In this document: positions 28,813 through 37,563 of the stretch, one piece after another | Layout: every line of letters starts with the position of its first letter | How positions within the stretch are numbered: the stretch's first letter is position 1 | Assembly: GCA_046313635.1 (NCBI GenBank) | Contig: JBKBYA010000003.1 | Location: forward strand, 1-64,000 | From: Pyrinomonadaceae bacterium | GTDB taxonomy: Bacteria; Acidobacteriota; Blastocatellia; Pyrinomonadales; Pyrinomonadaceae | Length of the DNA: 64,000 nt | Direction: 5' to 3' | Notes under the pieces: model-generated | Seen by the model: the letters and a program-made list of their open reading frames with translations, nothing else | What the model was told of the DNA's origin: nothing | Databases searched by the model: none | Made by a program: the position numbers and the translations under genes

Positions 28813-29181
28813 GAATTGTAGATTTTAGATTTCCGATTTTGGATTAGCAAACAAGTCAGAACCGCCTGCGTCAGCGGGCGGGTTCTTGATCCGCGGTCAG
28901 TAACAGCCCTTCAAAAGCGAAAGGCTGAGAAAGGAGAGTTTCTTGCCGCCGATCATGCAGATCGCGCGGATCAGAAAATATCAAGAGATCTCCTGATCCG
29001 AGCTATCCGCGTGATCCGCGGCAAACAATTTCTTCTTTCGCGTTCTTTCGTGTCTTTCGCGGACAGTTCTACTTGACGGCCCAAGAGCCCACCCGTTCAC
29101 GCAGGGTGGTTCTGACATGGAGGCCCACCCTCGGTGGTGCGTGACTTGTTTGCCAGACCTTGAGAATCTAAAATCCATTTC
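28813..29181. repeat. Nested multi-layer palindrome between divergent genes
   Basis: Arm pairs 28813-28858/29142-29181, 28855-28887/29083-29116, ~28912-28940/29028-29063 (degenerate) and 28943-28974/28993-29024. Confidence 0.85.
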
Positions 29182-29184
29182 GCC

Positions 29185-30177
29185 ATGGACCGATTTCTCA
29201 CGCGCGAACAGAACCGCTGGCGGCGGCTTGAGGAGCTGCTCGACAACCTTAAGGGGCGATCTCTCCGCGGGCTTTCGCGGATGGAGGTGCGCGAGTTTGG
29301 CGAGCTGTACCGCCGCGCGGCGGCCGACCTCGCGATCGCCCGGGCCGAGACCCGCGATCCGAAGCTGATCAACTATCTCAACAGCCTCGTCATCCGCGCT
29401 CACGGCAAGCTCTACCGCGCTGAGAATGAAGGCACGAGCCTGATCGCAGATTTCTTCGCACGCGATCTGCCGCGCACGTTTCGCCGCAACTGGACGTATA
29501 TGGCGATCTCGGGCGGCGTCTTTTTTCTATTCGTTGTCTTCGGGTTTATCGCAACGTACATCGACACCGACTTTACGAATTTTGTGATGCTCTCGGGCGT
29601 GGTCGACAACATTCGCAATAACGAATACTGGTGGCGATCGCTCAACGACGCCAATCAGATCGGCGCGAGCTTTATCCTGTCAAACAACATCATCGTCTCG
29701 ATCCGCGCGTTTGCGATGGGAGCGCTGCTTTGCGTCGGGGCGATCTACGACATCGCCTTTTTCGGGGCGCATGTCGGGTCGATCTTTGGCGCGGCGGCGC
29801 GGATCAACCCGCCGTTTGCGGGCGAGCTCGGCGCGTTCATCGTTGGGCACGGCGTGCTCGAGATCTCGACGGTCCTGTTTTGCGGCGGGGCGGGGATGAT
29901 GATCGGCTACGCGATCATCGCACCGGGAGACCGTACGCGTACGCAGGCACTGAAAGAGAAGGGAGTCGAGGCGGCGCGGATCGTCGTCGGCTGCGCGTGC
30001 TTCCTGGTCGTCGCCGGCCTGATCGAGGGGTTTCTGTCGCCGGCCGAGATCCCGAGCGTCTTCAAATACGCGACCGGCGTCGGTACAGGGCTCGCGCTGT
30101 ACTCGTATCTCGTGCTCGCAGGCCGCGACGAGCCCGCGGCTGAAACGGCAGGCCCGTCGCGATCACACATTGCCTGA
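29185..30177 (+). CDS. SpoIIM-like (DUF95) membrane protein
   Basis: W..LE.LL, LYRRAAADLA, YLNSLV.RAH, ILSNNI, HGVLEI, AGLIEGFLS. Confidence 0.88.
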   Translation: MDRFLTREQNRWRRLEELLDNLKGRSLRGLSRMEVREFGELYRRAAADLAIARAETRDPKLINYLNSLVIRAHGKLYRAENEGTSLIADFFARDLPRTFRRNWTYMAISGGVFFLFVVFGFIATYIDTDFTNFVMLSGVVDNIRNNEYWWRSLNDANQIGASFILSNNIIVSIRAFAMGALLCVGAIYDIAFFGAHVGSIFGAAARINPPFAGELGAFIVGHGVLEISTVLFCGGAGMMIGYAIIAPGDRTRTQALKEKGVEAARIVVGCACFLVVAGLIEGFLSPAEIPSVFKYATGVGTGLALYSYLVLAGRDEPAAETAGPSRSHIA

Positions 30178-30208
30178 TACGGTCTGCGCCGTTTTAGCGC
30201 CCGCCGGC

Positions 30209-31981
30209 TCAAACTACCTCGCCGCGGCGAATGGCGTCGTTGCGGTGCACTTTGTCGAGATAGCTTTTCGCGGCCTCTGACTGGAAGAGCTCGCGTTCCT
30301 CCTCGTGGTCCGTGACCGGTTCGAGCGCCATGTCGGTATAGTGCATCTTGAGCGGGTCGTGCTTGACCTTGCGATAGATCATTCGCAGGCGGCTGTAGAG
30401 CGCGATCCAGCGGATCTGCTTGGCGAGCGACTCGACAAAGTAGCGCGGGTAAAAGACCAGCGGGCTCTCGAGCGGCAGGCCGGAGCGCCGGTTTCGCCTC
30501 ACCTTTCGACGAAAGAATCCGCCCTCGAGCGGATGGATCTTTTCGATCCCGATACATCCCTTGAACCACGTGATGAAGAACATCGTCTTGCCCGGCGATG
30601 TCCCCGTCGCGATCGCGCGGCGGAGCACCGTCTCGATGTGCTCGTCGGTGTAGTACGTCGCCCACGCGTCGCGGTACGCCGCTTCCCATTCCGCTTTGGA
30701 CATCGCGGCGTGGCCGGTGACGGCGTGATTCAGATCATATTTGTTGAGATCGGCGTCCATCTCGATCCCGGCTTCGTGGAGCCGCTTGTGATCTTCTGAG
30801 CCGGGCAGAGGCGTGAGGTAAAAGAACTCGAGCAGATCGACCGGCAATTCGCGCTTGATGATCCCGATGTCGCGAATGATCGACTCGCGCGTGTCGCCGG
30901 GGAAGCCGAGTATGTAGCCGCAGTACGTGACGATGCCGGCCTGCTTCCACGCGAGCAGCATCTGGCGGTAATCGGTGATCTTGTTCTGCCGCTTTTGCGC
31001 GCCCAGCAGGCTTTCGGGATTTATATTCTCGAGGCCGATAAAGACGCGTTTGACGCCGGCGAGTCTGCACTTGTCGATAAAGCCGGGCAGCTTGTGGCAG
31101 AGCGTGTCGACCTGGATGATGAAGCTTATCTTGAGCCCCTCGACCTCGCGCAGTTGAATGAGCCGGTCGAGGATCGCTTCCCAATCCTTGTTACGCGCAA
31201 AGTTGTCGTCCGTGATGAAAAACGAATGCAGCCCTTGCGCGACATTGGCGCGGACGATCCGCTCGATGTCCTCGGGCGAGCGGCGTCGCGATTTGCGGCC
31301 CTGCACGTTGATGATCGTGCAGAACGAGCACGTGAACGGGCAGCCGCGTCCCGCATCGAAGCTCGTCGTCGCACCCGCCGTCAGATGAACGCGTTCGGCC
31401 GGCAGCACCGGCGACGCGACGCCTTCGATATTCGGCAGGTCGTGCATAAAGTTGTAAACCGGCTGAAGCTGATCATAGAAGGCGTCTTTCAAGACCTGTT
31501 CGAACCGCCGCTCGGCCTCGCCGGCAAAGACCGTCACGCCGAGGTCGAGAGCTTCCTGCACGAGCGGGTCGCGGTCGGCGAGCATCGCCATCGTTCCCGA
31601 GACGTGAAAGCCGCCGACAGCGACACTGATGCCACGCTCGCGCAGCGGCCGCGCGATGTCGAGTGCCCGCGGCATTTGATTTGACTGCACGCCGACGAGC
31701 ATCACCATCCCGCGGCCTCCGGCGCGTTCGATCAGCCGCGCGACGCCTTCGGGACGAATAACGGTATTCGTCTCGTCAAAGGCGTGGATCTCCAGCTCGA
31801 CGTCGTCGCCGAGCACGCGGTCTTGTTTTGCTTCGAGTGCGAGACCGTAAAGGCAGGCAAGCGAATTCGACGGTATCGCCGAGCGAAACCATTGGATGAC
31901 GTAGCCGTCGTCGTCATAGTGAGAGGGCTTTATGAGGACGAGACAGAAATTGCGTCGTGAGGCTCCGCTGCTGTTGGTCAC
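30209..31981 (-). CDS. Radical SAM protein with B12-binding-like N-terminal domain
   Basis: GRGCPFTCSFC (CxxxCxxC), TDDNF, FIGLEN, TPLPGS; N-terminal VGGFHVSG. Confidence 0.9.
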   Translation of the reverse strand: MTNSSGASRRNFCLVLIKPSHYDDDGYVIQWFRSAIPSNSLACLYGLALEAKQDRVLGDDVELEIHAFDETNTVIRPEGVARLIERAGGRGMVMLVGVQSNQMPRALDIARPLRERGISVAVGGFHVSGTMAMLADRDPLVQEALDLGVTVFAGEAERRFEQVLKDAFYDQLQPVYNFMHDLPNIEGVASPVLPAERVHLTAGATTSFDAGRGCPFTCSFCTIINVQGRKSRRRSPEDIERIVRANVAQGLHSFFITDDNFARNKDWEAILDRLIQLREVEGLKISFIIQVDTLCHKLPGFIDKCRLAGVKRVFIGLENINPESLLGAQKRQNKITDYRQMLLAWKQAGIVTYCGYILGFPGDTRESIIRDIGIIKRELPVDLLEFFYLTPLPGSEDHKRLHEAGIEMDADLNKYDLNHAVTGHAAMSKAEWEAAYRDAWATYYTDEHIETVLRRAIATGTSPGKTMFFITWFKGCIGIEKIHPLEGGFFRRKVRRNRRSGLPLESPLVFYPRYFVESLAKQIRWIALYSRLRMIYRKVKHDPLKMHYTDMALEPVTDHEEERELFQSEAAKSYLDKVHRNDAIRRGEVV

Positions 31982-32043
31982 AGCCGTTGAGTTTATTGGA
32001 AAGCCGCGGGGCAGACAAGAAATTTCGCCTCAGCTCGCGAGGC

Positions 32044-32694
32044 CTACGCGAGCACGCCTGCGATCGCTGTGAGATCGCCGACGAATTCGCGATACTGCCG
32101 CTCGCGCGCTTGCGGGTCGGGCGCGCGGAGGATCGCCGACGGGTGCAGCGTCGCCATCACACGTTTGGCGTACTCTGCGTCGAGCCATCGGCCACGCATT
32201 TTTGAGACGCGAAAGTCTTTGCCCAACAGCGCCTGTGCAGCCGTCGCGCCGAGGCAGACGAGGACCTTTGGTTTGACGAGCGCGATCTCGGCGTTGAGCC
32301 ACGGCGCGCAGGCGCGGATCTCGGCGGCATTCGGTTTGTCGTGAATGCGCCGCTTGCCGCGCGGCGTCCATTTGAAGTGCTTGACGACATTCGTTACGTA
32401 CGCCGCGTCGCGGTCGATGCCGGCCTCGCCGAGGGCCTTGTCAAACAGGCGGCCGGCGGGCCCGACGAAAGGATGTCCCGTCTTGTCCTCTTCGTCGCCG
32501 GGCTGCTCGCCGACAAACATCACCGCCGCCGACACCTTGCCCTCGCCAAAAACGGTCTGCGTGCCGAGCTTGTACAGGTCGCAGCCCATGCAGCCCTTGG
32601 AGGCCGCGGCCAGACTGCGGTACGAGATCCTCGCCGGAAAGAAGTCGAGAGCGCTGCGCTCGCTCCCGTCGCCTGTAGTGCGTGCGGACTTCAT
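32044..32694 (-). CDS. udgX: UdgX-family uracil-DNA binding protein
   Basis: CxxC Fe-S ligands, GEQPG, PFVGPAG, KRRIH loop, HPSA; likely ATG at 32694. Confidence 0.9.
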   Translation of the reverse strand: MKSARTTGDGSERSALDFFPARISYRSLAAASKGCMGCDLYKLGTQTVFGEGKVSAAVMFVGEQPGDEEDKTGHPFVGPAGRLFDKALGEAGIDRDAAYVTNVVKHFKWTPRGKRRIHDKPNAAEIRACAPWLNAEIALVKPKVLVCLGATAAQALLGKDFRVSKMRGRWLDAEYAKRVMATLHPSAILRAPDPQARERQYREFVGDLTAIAGVLA

Positions 32695-32696
32695 AC

Positions 32697-32794
32697 GATT
32701 CCAGATCTCACATTCCAAATTCCAGATTCCAAATCAAAAAACCAAAAACCAATGACCAATGACCAATGACCAATAACCAACCCCTCACCTCACA
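32697..32794. repeat. Continuous 7-nt-phased tandem array with drifting unit; no local inverted partner
   Basis: GATTCCA GATCTCA CATTCCA AATTCCA GATTCCA AATCAAA AAACCAA AAACCAA TGACCAA TGACCAA TGACCAA TAACCAA CCCCTCA CCTCACA. Confidence 0.88.
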
Positions 32795-34112
32795 ACAACC
32801 CTCTCTCCTTCACACGCAAATACGTCTCGACGAGCTTTGGGCCGAGCGTCTCGGTCGTGACGTCGAGGGCGAGGCCGCCGAGGGTTTGGACGAGCCGGAG
32901 CGCCGACTCACGCTGGAGAATGATCTCCTCGGCGGCGGACTGCATAAAGACGTCTTTAATGTCGGCAGGCCTTTCCGTAACGAGAGCTCCGAGGTCGCGG
33001 TCGCCGATGGTCGCGACGAGCGGCAGGTGACGGGGCCGCAAAAGCTTGAGCGAGGTGATGAGCTGCTTTGAGCTCTCCTTGTCGACGACGTCGGTGAGTA
33101 TGACGACGAGCGAACGCTTTTTTGAATTCGTCGAGATGAATTGAAATGCCCGTGCATACGACGGCTCGATGAACTCGGGCTCGACGTCGTGCAGCGCCTC
33201 GAGGACCGCGTCGATATGTTCCAGTCCGCGCTTCGGCGGGATGAAGCGCCTTGCCCGCCGGCCAAACACGAGAATGCCGCAGTTGTCGCCCGACCGCGAG
33301 CATGCGGACATCAGCGCGAGAGCGGAGTGGACCGCCGTTTCAAATTTTGTCTCGCCGCCGATGCGGCCGGTCATCAGCCGGCCCGCGTCGATCGCGATCA
33401 GGACGGTCTGATCGCGCTCGATCTGGAATTGCCGGGTCGTGAGCTTTGAGCGCCGCGCCGTCGCGGTCCACGACAGGTGACGCAGCTCGTCGCCGAGCAC
33501 GTAGTCGCGGAGCGATTCGAACTCGCGGCCTTCGCCCCGCAGCGCCGAGCGCCGCTGCACGGCGAGGAACGAACGCGCGCCGAGCGCCTTGAGCTCGATC
33601 TCTCGGGCGCGGCGCATGTTCGGATAGACCTTGACGTCTTGCGGCTCGCCGAGATACGCCTGCGACCAGACGAGGCCAAATCGCGACAGGTATCGCACCG
33701 CCGTTCGCCCAAACGAGTAGCGGCCTCGACGCGGAGGCCGCAGGTAATAAAAGAACTCGGCCGTGGCAAAAGGCCCGAGCTTGATCTCAGCCTCGCGTTC
33801 GTCGTCGAGCGTCATCTGCGGCGGATATTCGTCCTTGATGCGGAGCGTGAGCGATGCGGGCGACTCATTTGCGAGCGAGAGGCTCACCCTGGTCCGGTCG
33901 CCGATCGCGAAGCGCGACCCGAACCGGCGCTCGAACTCGACCCCGTCGATCGCTCGGCGGCTCACGAGATGGTCCGCGAAGGCCGCGGCGATCAGGGCGA
34001 GATCGTACGCCAGCACGAGCCAGCGCAGCGCGGGCAGACCCCACGAGAGCGACAGCGGCACCAGCCCGAAGGCCAGCAGAATATAAAAGCGTCGTGCGAA
34101 GACGAATTGCAT
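32790..34112 (-). CDS. DUF58 family protein (vWA-like, MoxR-associated)
   Basis: GREFESLRDYVLGDELRHLSWTATAR, IDAGRLM, N-terminal TM segments. Confidence 0.92.
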   Translation of the reverse strand: MQFVFARRFYILLAFGLVPLSLSWGLPALRWLVLAYDLALIAAAFADHLVSRRAIDGVEFERRFGSRFAIGDRTRVSLSLANESPASLTLRIKDEYPPQMTLDDEREAEIKLGPFATAEFFYYLRPPRRGRYSFGRTAVRYLSRFGLVWSQAYLGEPQDVKVYPNMRRAREIELKALGARSFLAVQRRSALRGEGREFESLRDYVLGDELRHLSWTATARRSKLTTRQFQIERDQTVLIAIDAGRLMTGRIGGETKFETAVHSALALMSACSRSGDNCGILVFGRRARRFIPPKRGLEHIDAVLEALHDVEPEFIEPSYARAFQFISTNSKKRSLVVILTDVVDKESSKQLITSLKLLRPRHLPLVATIGDRDLGALVTERPADIKDVFMQSAAEEIILQRESALRLVQTLGGLALDVTTETLGPKLVETYLRVKERGLL

Positions 34113-34122
34113 CAGACGCGGG

Positions 34123-34131
34123 ATTATACCA
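34123..34131 (-). promoter_or_regulatory. Extended -10 promoter for the DUF58 gene (very short leader)
   Basis: Minus strand TGgTATAAT, 10 nt before the ATG; no SD. Confidence 0.55.
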
Positions 34132-34237
34132 TCGGCCGGCGAAGCTTAACTGCAGCCCGCTCGACGCGGCAGGTGCATTGTAAAAAAGGATGTTGTATTT
34201 TGCCGTGCTTTGTGTTTGATTATCTCAGCCAAAAACG

Positions 34238-36058
34238 ATGCAGCCGCTGCCCCCGACCAACGCACCTTCCGACCCGAACGAGCTGCCGACGCGAGCCCAA
34301 GCCATGCTTTTTGCCGCAAAGGCAAAGCTGCTGCAGGCCCGCAGGTCGGTGCGCGACCTTTTTGATCCCGATATCGCCAGGCATCCGAATGCGGCCGACC
34401 GCGCGTTCGGGCCGGTCATCGCGACTTCCAAAACGCCGCTCTGGAGCGAGACCGCCGAGTCCGAACGTTATTTGGTCGCGGGAAAGATCGAGAATCTGCG
34501 GCTCGCCCTGAGACGGCTGGACGGCGTGGTCGTGCCGGCCGGGAAGATATTCAGTTTCTGGAAACAGATCGGGCGGGCAAGCAGACGGCGCGGCTTCGTC
34601 GCGGGCCGCGAGCTTCGCGAGGGCTGCGTGATCCCCTCGGTCGGCGGCGGGCTTTGTCAGCTCTCCAACGCCTTGTACGACGCCGCGCTGCAGGCCGGCT
34701 TCGAGATCGTCGAGCGGCACGCACACTCGCGCGTGATCCCCGGTTCGCTTGCCGAACGCCGGCGGGACGCGACCGTCTTCTGGAACTACATCGACCTGCG
34801 TTTTCGTTCCGACCGTGCGTTTCTGATCGAAGCGGAACTTGACAGCAATGACCTGACCGTTCGGTTTCGCGGCGAAACCCCATCGCGCGAGACCGTCACC
34901 GAGCGAGCCTCGTCGATCGGCCGCCAGGCTGCACCGCTCGGCGTACAGTCTCTCAACTCGTGTGCGTCGTGCGGGCAGATGGAATGTCACCGGGCGGTCG
35001 CGCCGGGCAAATACTCGAATTTTGGCCGCACGGCGTACCTCGTGGATGAGTTTTGGCCGGAGTTTGACCGGTACGTACAGGCCGAACGTACCGACCGCGA
35101 CATTCTCCTCGTCCCGCTCGACGGGAGCCGCTACGGCAGACCGAACTATGCCTGGTCCAGCTCGGCCTTCGGCTCGGTACGGCAGAGCGTCTTTGTGACC
35201 ATCGAGCGATCGTACCGCTCGCGCCGTCTGGCGGCGCAGGGAGCCGCCCGGCAGCAAAATCTGCTCCGAATGCACGAGCGGCTGGCCGACGATCTTGCCC
35301 GAAAGCTCGGACACGACGTCCTGCACGTCGTCGTGCAGCAAAACCTACTGCCCTTTCTCTGGAAAAAGGGGCATCTCGGCGGACGGACGTTCGACGTCCT
35401 GATGACCGCCGCGCCGATGGCCGAACTGCAAAGAAACCTCGACCGGGCGCGGTCTCTGCATCCGACGAGCACTACGCTCGGCGACTTTCGCGCAAGCGAC
35501 GATATCGTCACCGCCGAATCGCAGGCCCTGGCCAACGCGCGCAGGATAATTACTCCGCACGTGCAGATCGCCGATATGTTTCCGCGTCGGGCCCGCCTCA
35601 TCGAATGGCATATGCCCGAGACTTCGCGGCCGATACATTCGGTCCGAAATGCGGGCACCGAAAAGCGCGTGAGGCCGAATGTCGTATTTCCCGCCGCGAC
35701 CGTCGGCCGCAAAGGCTGCTATGAGCTGCGCGAGGCGCTGCGCGGATCGGATGTCAGAGTGGTACTGCTCGGCCCGCTGATCGAATCGCCGGACTTTTGG
35801 AGCGGGTTTGACACGTCGAGAGGCGGCGAAGACTGGCTCGAAACTGCGGATGTCGTGGTGCTCCCGGCCTTTGTCGAGCATCGCCCTCGGCGATTGCTCG
35901 CGGCCCTTTGTGCGGGCGTCCCCGTCATCGCCACACACGAGTGCGGCATCAGTGCGGAGGCGGCGAACCTGGAGGTCGTCCGGTCGGGTGACCCGAACGC
36001 GCTTCGCGAGGCCGTCGAGCGTGCGGTCTCTGACCGGGCCCGATCCGCACTTGGTTGA
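34238..36058 (+). CDS. VanW-domain protein fused to a glycosyltransferase-like C-terminal domain
   Basis: FSFWKQIG, GGGLCQLSNALY, IVERHAHS, DATVFWNYIDLRF; C-terminal RKG...ADVVVLPA...ALCAGVPVIAT. Confidence 0.85.
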   Translation: MQPLPPTNAPSDPNELPTRAQAMLFAAKAKLLQARRSVRDLFDPDIARHPNAADRAFGPVIATSKTPLWSETAESERYLVAGKIENLRLALRRLDGVVVPAGKIFSFWKQIGRASRRRGFVAGRELREGCVIPSVGGGLCQLSNALYDAALQAGFEIVERHAHSRVIPGSLAERRRDATVFWNYIDLRFRSDRAFLIEAELDSNDLTVRFRGETPSRETVTERASSIGRQAAPLGVQSLNSCASCGQMECHRAVAPGKYSNFGRTAYLVDEFWPEFDRYVQAERTDRDILLVPLDGSRYGRPNYAWSSSAFGSVRQSVFVTIERSYRSRRLAAQGAARQQNLLRMHERLADDLARKLGHDVLHVVVQQNLLPFLWKKGHLGGRTFDVLMTAAPMAELQRNLDRARSLHPTSTTLGDFRASDDIVTAESQALANARRIITPHVQIADMFPRRARLIEWHMPETSRPIHSVRNAGTEKRVRPNVVFPAATVGRKGCYELREALRGSDVRVVLLGPLIESPDFWSGFDTSRGGEDWLETADVVVLPAFVEHRPRRLLAALCAGVPVIATHECGISAEAANLEVVRSGDPNALREAVERAVSDRARSALG

Positions 36059-36138
36059 ATTAATTTGTCCGACAGATGTGCAACTAATTCTAGGGCTCGT
36101 TTCTCAAAGTCTCAGCGGCATCCGCGGAGAACAAAAGT

Positions 36139-36690
36139 TTGAAAGGCATCATCTCGACAATACTCCTCGTACTCGCGGCCGCGGCGTCGGCGGTCGCGCA
36201 GCAGGCCGCTGCAGATCGGCAGGTGTCGAGCGCTCCGGCATCTTCGGCGGTCGCGAACGGCGTCACCGAGATCTTTCTCGCCCGCGAGAACGGCGCGGGG
36301 AGCTACGGCGAACCGGCGACGTCCTTTGCGCCGAGAGACATTCCGATCTACTGCGTCGTGCAGCTCGAGAACGGCTCGCCGGTGACCGTAAAAATGGAAC
36401 TCTTCGCGGTCAGCGTCGCGAGAGTGCGGCCGGGCTCGCGGGTCGTCTCGACGAGTTACACGACGAGCGAGCGCCAGGACCTCGTCTATTTCACCGGCCG
36501 TCCCGAGGGGCTGTGGGTTCCGGGCAAATACCGCGTCGATGTGTCTATTGACGGCAAACCCGCGGCGAGCCGAGAATTTACGGTCGTCGCCGCGGTGAGA
36601 AAGGAGCCCGCGGCCGCGGCGCCGGCATCGTTCGGGCCAAAGCCGGCAGCTACCGGCCGCCGCCCCCGACCGGCTCGCAAGACGCTTTAA
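36139..36690 (+). CDS. Exported hypothetical protein (beta-rich, Ig-like)
   Basis: TTG start after GGAG; signal peptide; W.PGKYRVDV.IDG motif. Confidence 0.7.
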   Translation: MKGIISTILLVLAAAASAVAQQAAADRQVSSAPASSAVANGVTEIFLARENGAGSYGEPATSFAPRDIPIYCVVQLENGSPVTVKMELFAVSVARVRPGSRVVSTSYTTSERQDLVYFTGRPEGLWVPGKYRVDVSIDGKPAASREFTVVAAVRKEPAAAAPASFGPKPAATGRRPRPARKTL

Positions 36691-37469
36691 CGCTTTGCGC
36701 CGCCAAGCTGCTGCATGATCTCGCCGATCTTCTCTCTCGCTGCCCTTTCGCCAAGTTCTATCAATTCTTCACGCTTGCGGATCTCGTCGGGCCGGATGTG
36801 CGCGATGGCGGGCTGGATGATCACGTCGGCGTGATAATGCTGCGCCCGCGATGCCGCGCGCAGCAGCGTCATCGCCGATTGAAACAGTGTGCCGACCAGC
36901 GTCCGCGGCACGCCGTGAAACGTCGCTCCGCACGCCATCAGATCGACGGCGATCACGACATCCGCGCCCATCTCGCGAACGGTCTGCGCCGGCGTCGGCG
37001 TGATCACGCCGCCGTCGATCAGCAGCCGGCCGCCGTCGGCCGCGACCGGAGAAAAAACGCCCGGCACGGCGCAGCTCGCGCGTATCGCCTGCGCGAGATC
37101 GCCCCGTCCGCTGAGCACGACCTCGTCGCCCGTTTCGAGATCGCACGTCACCGCGGCGAACGGGATCGCGAGGTCCTCGAAGCGGCGTACCGGAAAGTTG
37201 CGTTCGATAAAAGCGGCGAGGCCTGCATTCGACAGCAGCCCGCGGGGCGAGTACGAGAAACCGGCGATCGCAAACCAGCTCAGCTTGCTGCCGAAGGCGA
37301 TTATTTCGTCGACCGACAGACCGGTCGCATAAGCGCCGCCGGCAAACGATCCGGCGGATGTGCCGGCGATGAGATCGATCGGTACCGAATGCCGTTCGAG
37401 CTCGCGCAGCACGCCGAGGTGAGCATAACCGCGGGCTCCGCCGCCCGATAGAGCGAGGCCGACTTTCAT
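36687..37469 (-). CDS. Patatin-like phospholipase (RssA type)
   Basis: LSGGGARG, GTSAG, ASCAVPG, DGG. Confidence 0.93.
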   Translation of the reverse strand: MKVGLALSGGGARGYAHLGVLRELERHSVPIDLIAGTSAGSFAGGAYATGLSVDEIIAFGSKLSWFAIAGFSYSPRGLLSNAGLAAFIERNFPVRRFEDLAIPFAAVTCDLETGDEVVLSGRGDLAQAIRASCAVPGVFSPVAADGGRLLIDGGVITPTPAQTVREMGADVVIAVDLMACGATFHGVPRTLVGTLFQSAMTLLRAASRAQHYHADVIIQPAIAHIRPDEIRKREELIELGERAAREKIGEIMQQLGGAKR

Positions 37470-37563
37470 TGCATCTCGTGACGCACCGGCATCGGTCTGC
37501 AGCGGCCGGAGCGTTTCGTTGATTTTAGCTATCCCGTGTGAAAAACTTAAACCCGCCCTTGAG

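Noticed and set aside
23254..28814. Antisense ORFs of 509 aa and 604 aa opposite the Oar and ABC genes
   Set aside because: Shadow frames of well-supported genes.
28981..29403. 140-aa minus-strand ORF spanning the nested palindrome
   Set aside because: It is antisense to the SpoIIM-like gene and otherwise just translates the repeat arms.
29185..30177. Sporulation function for the SpoIIM-like gene
   Set aside because: The family is widespread in non-sporulating bacteria and no sporulation genes are present.
34238..36058. Vancomycin resistance cluster
   Set aside because: VanW domain only; no vanH/A/B/X/R/S genes nearby.
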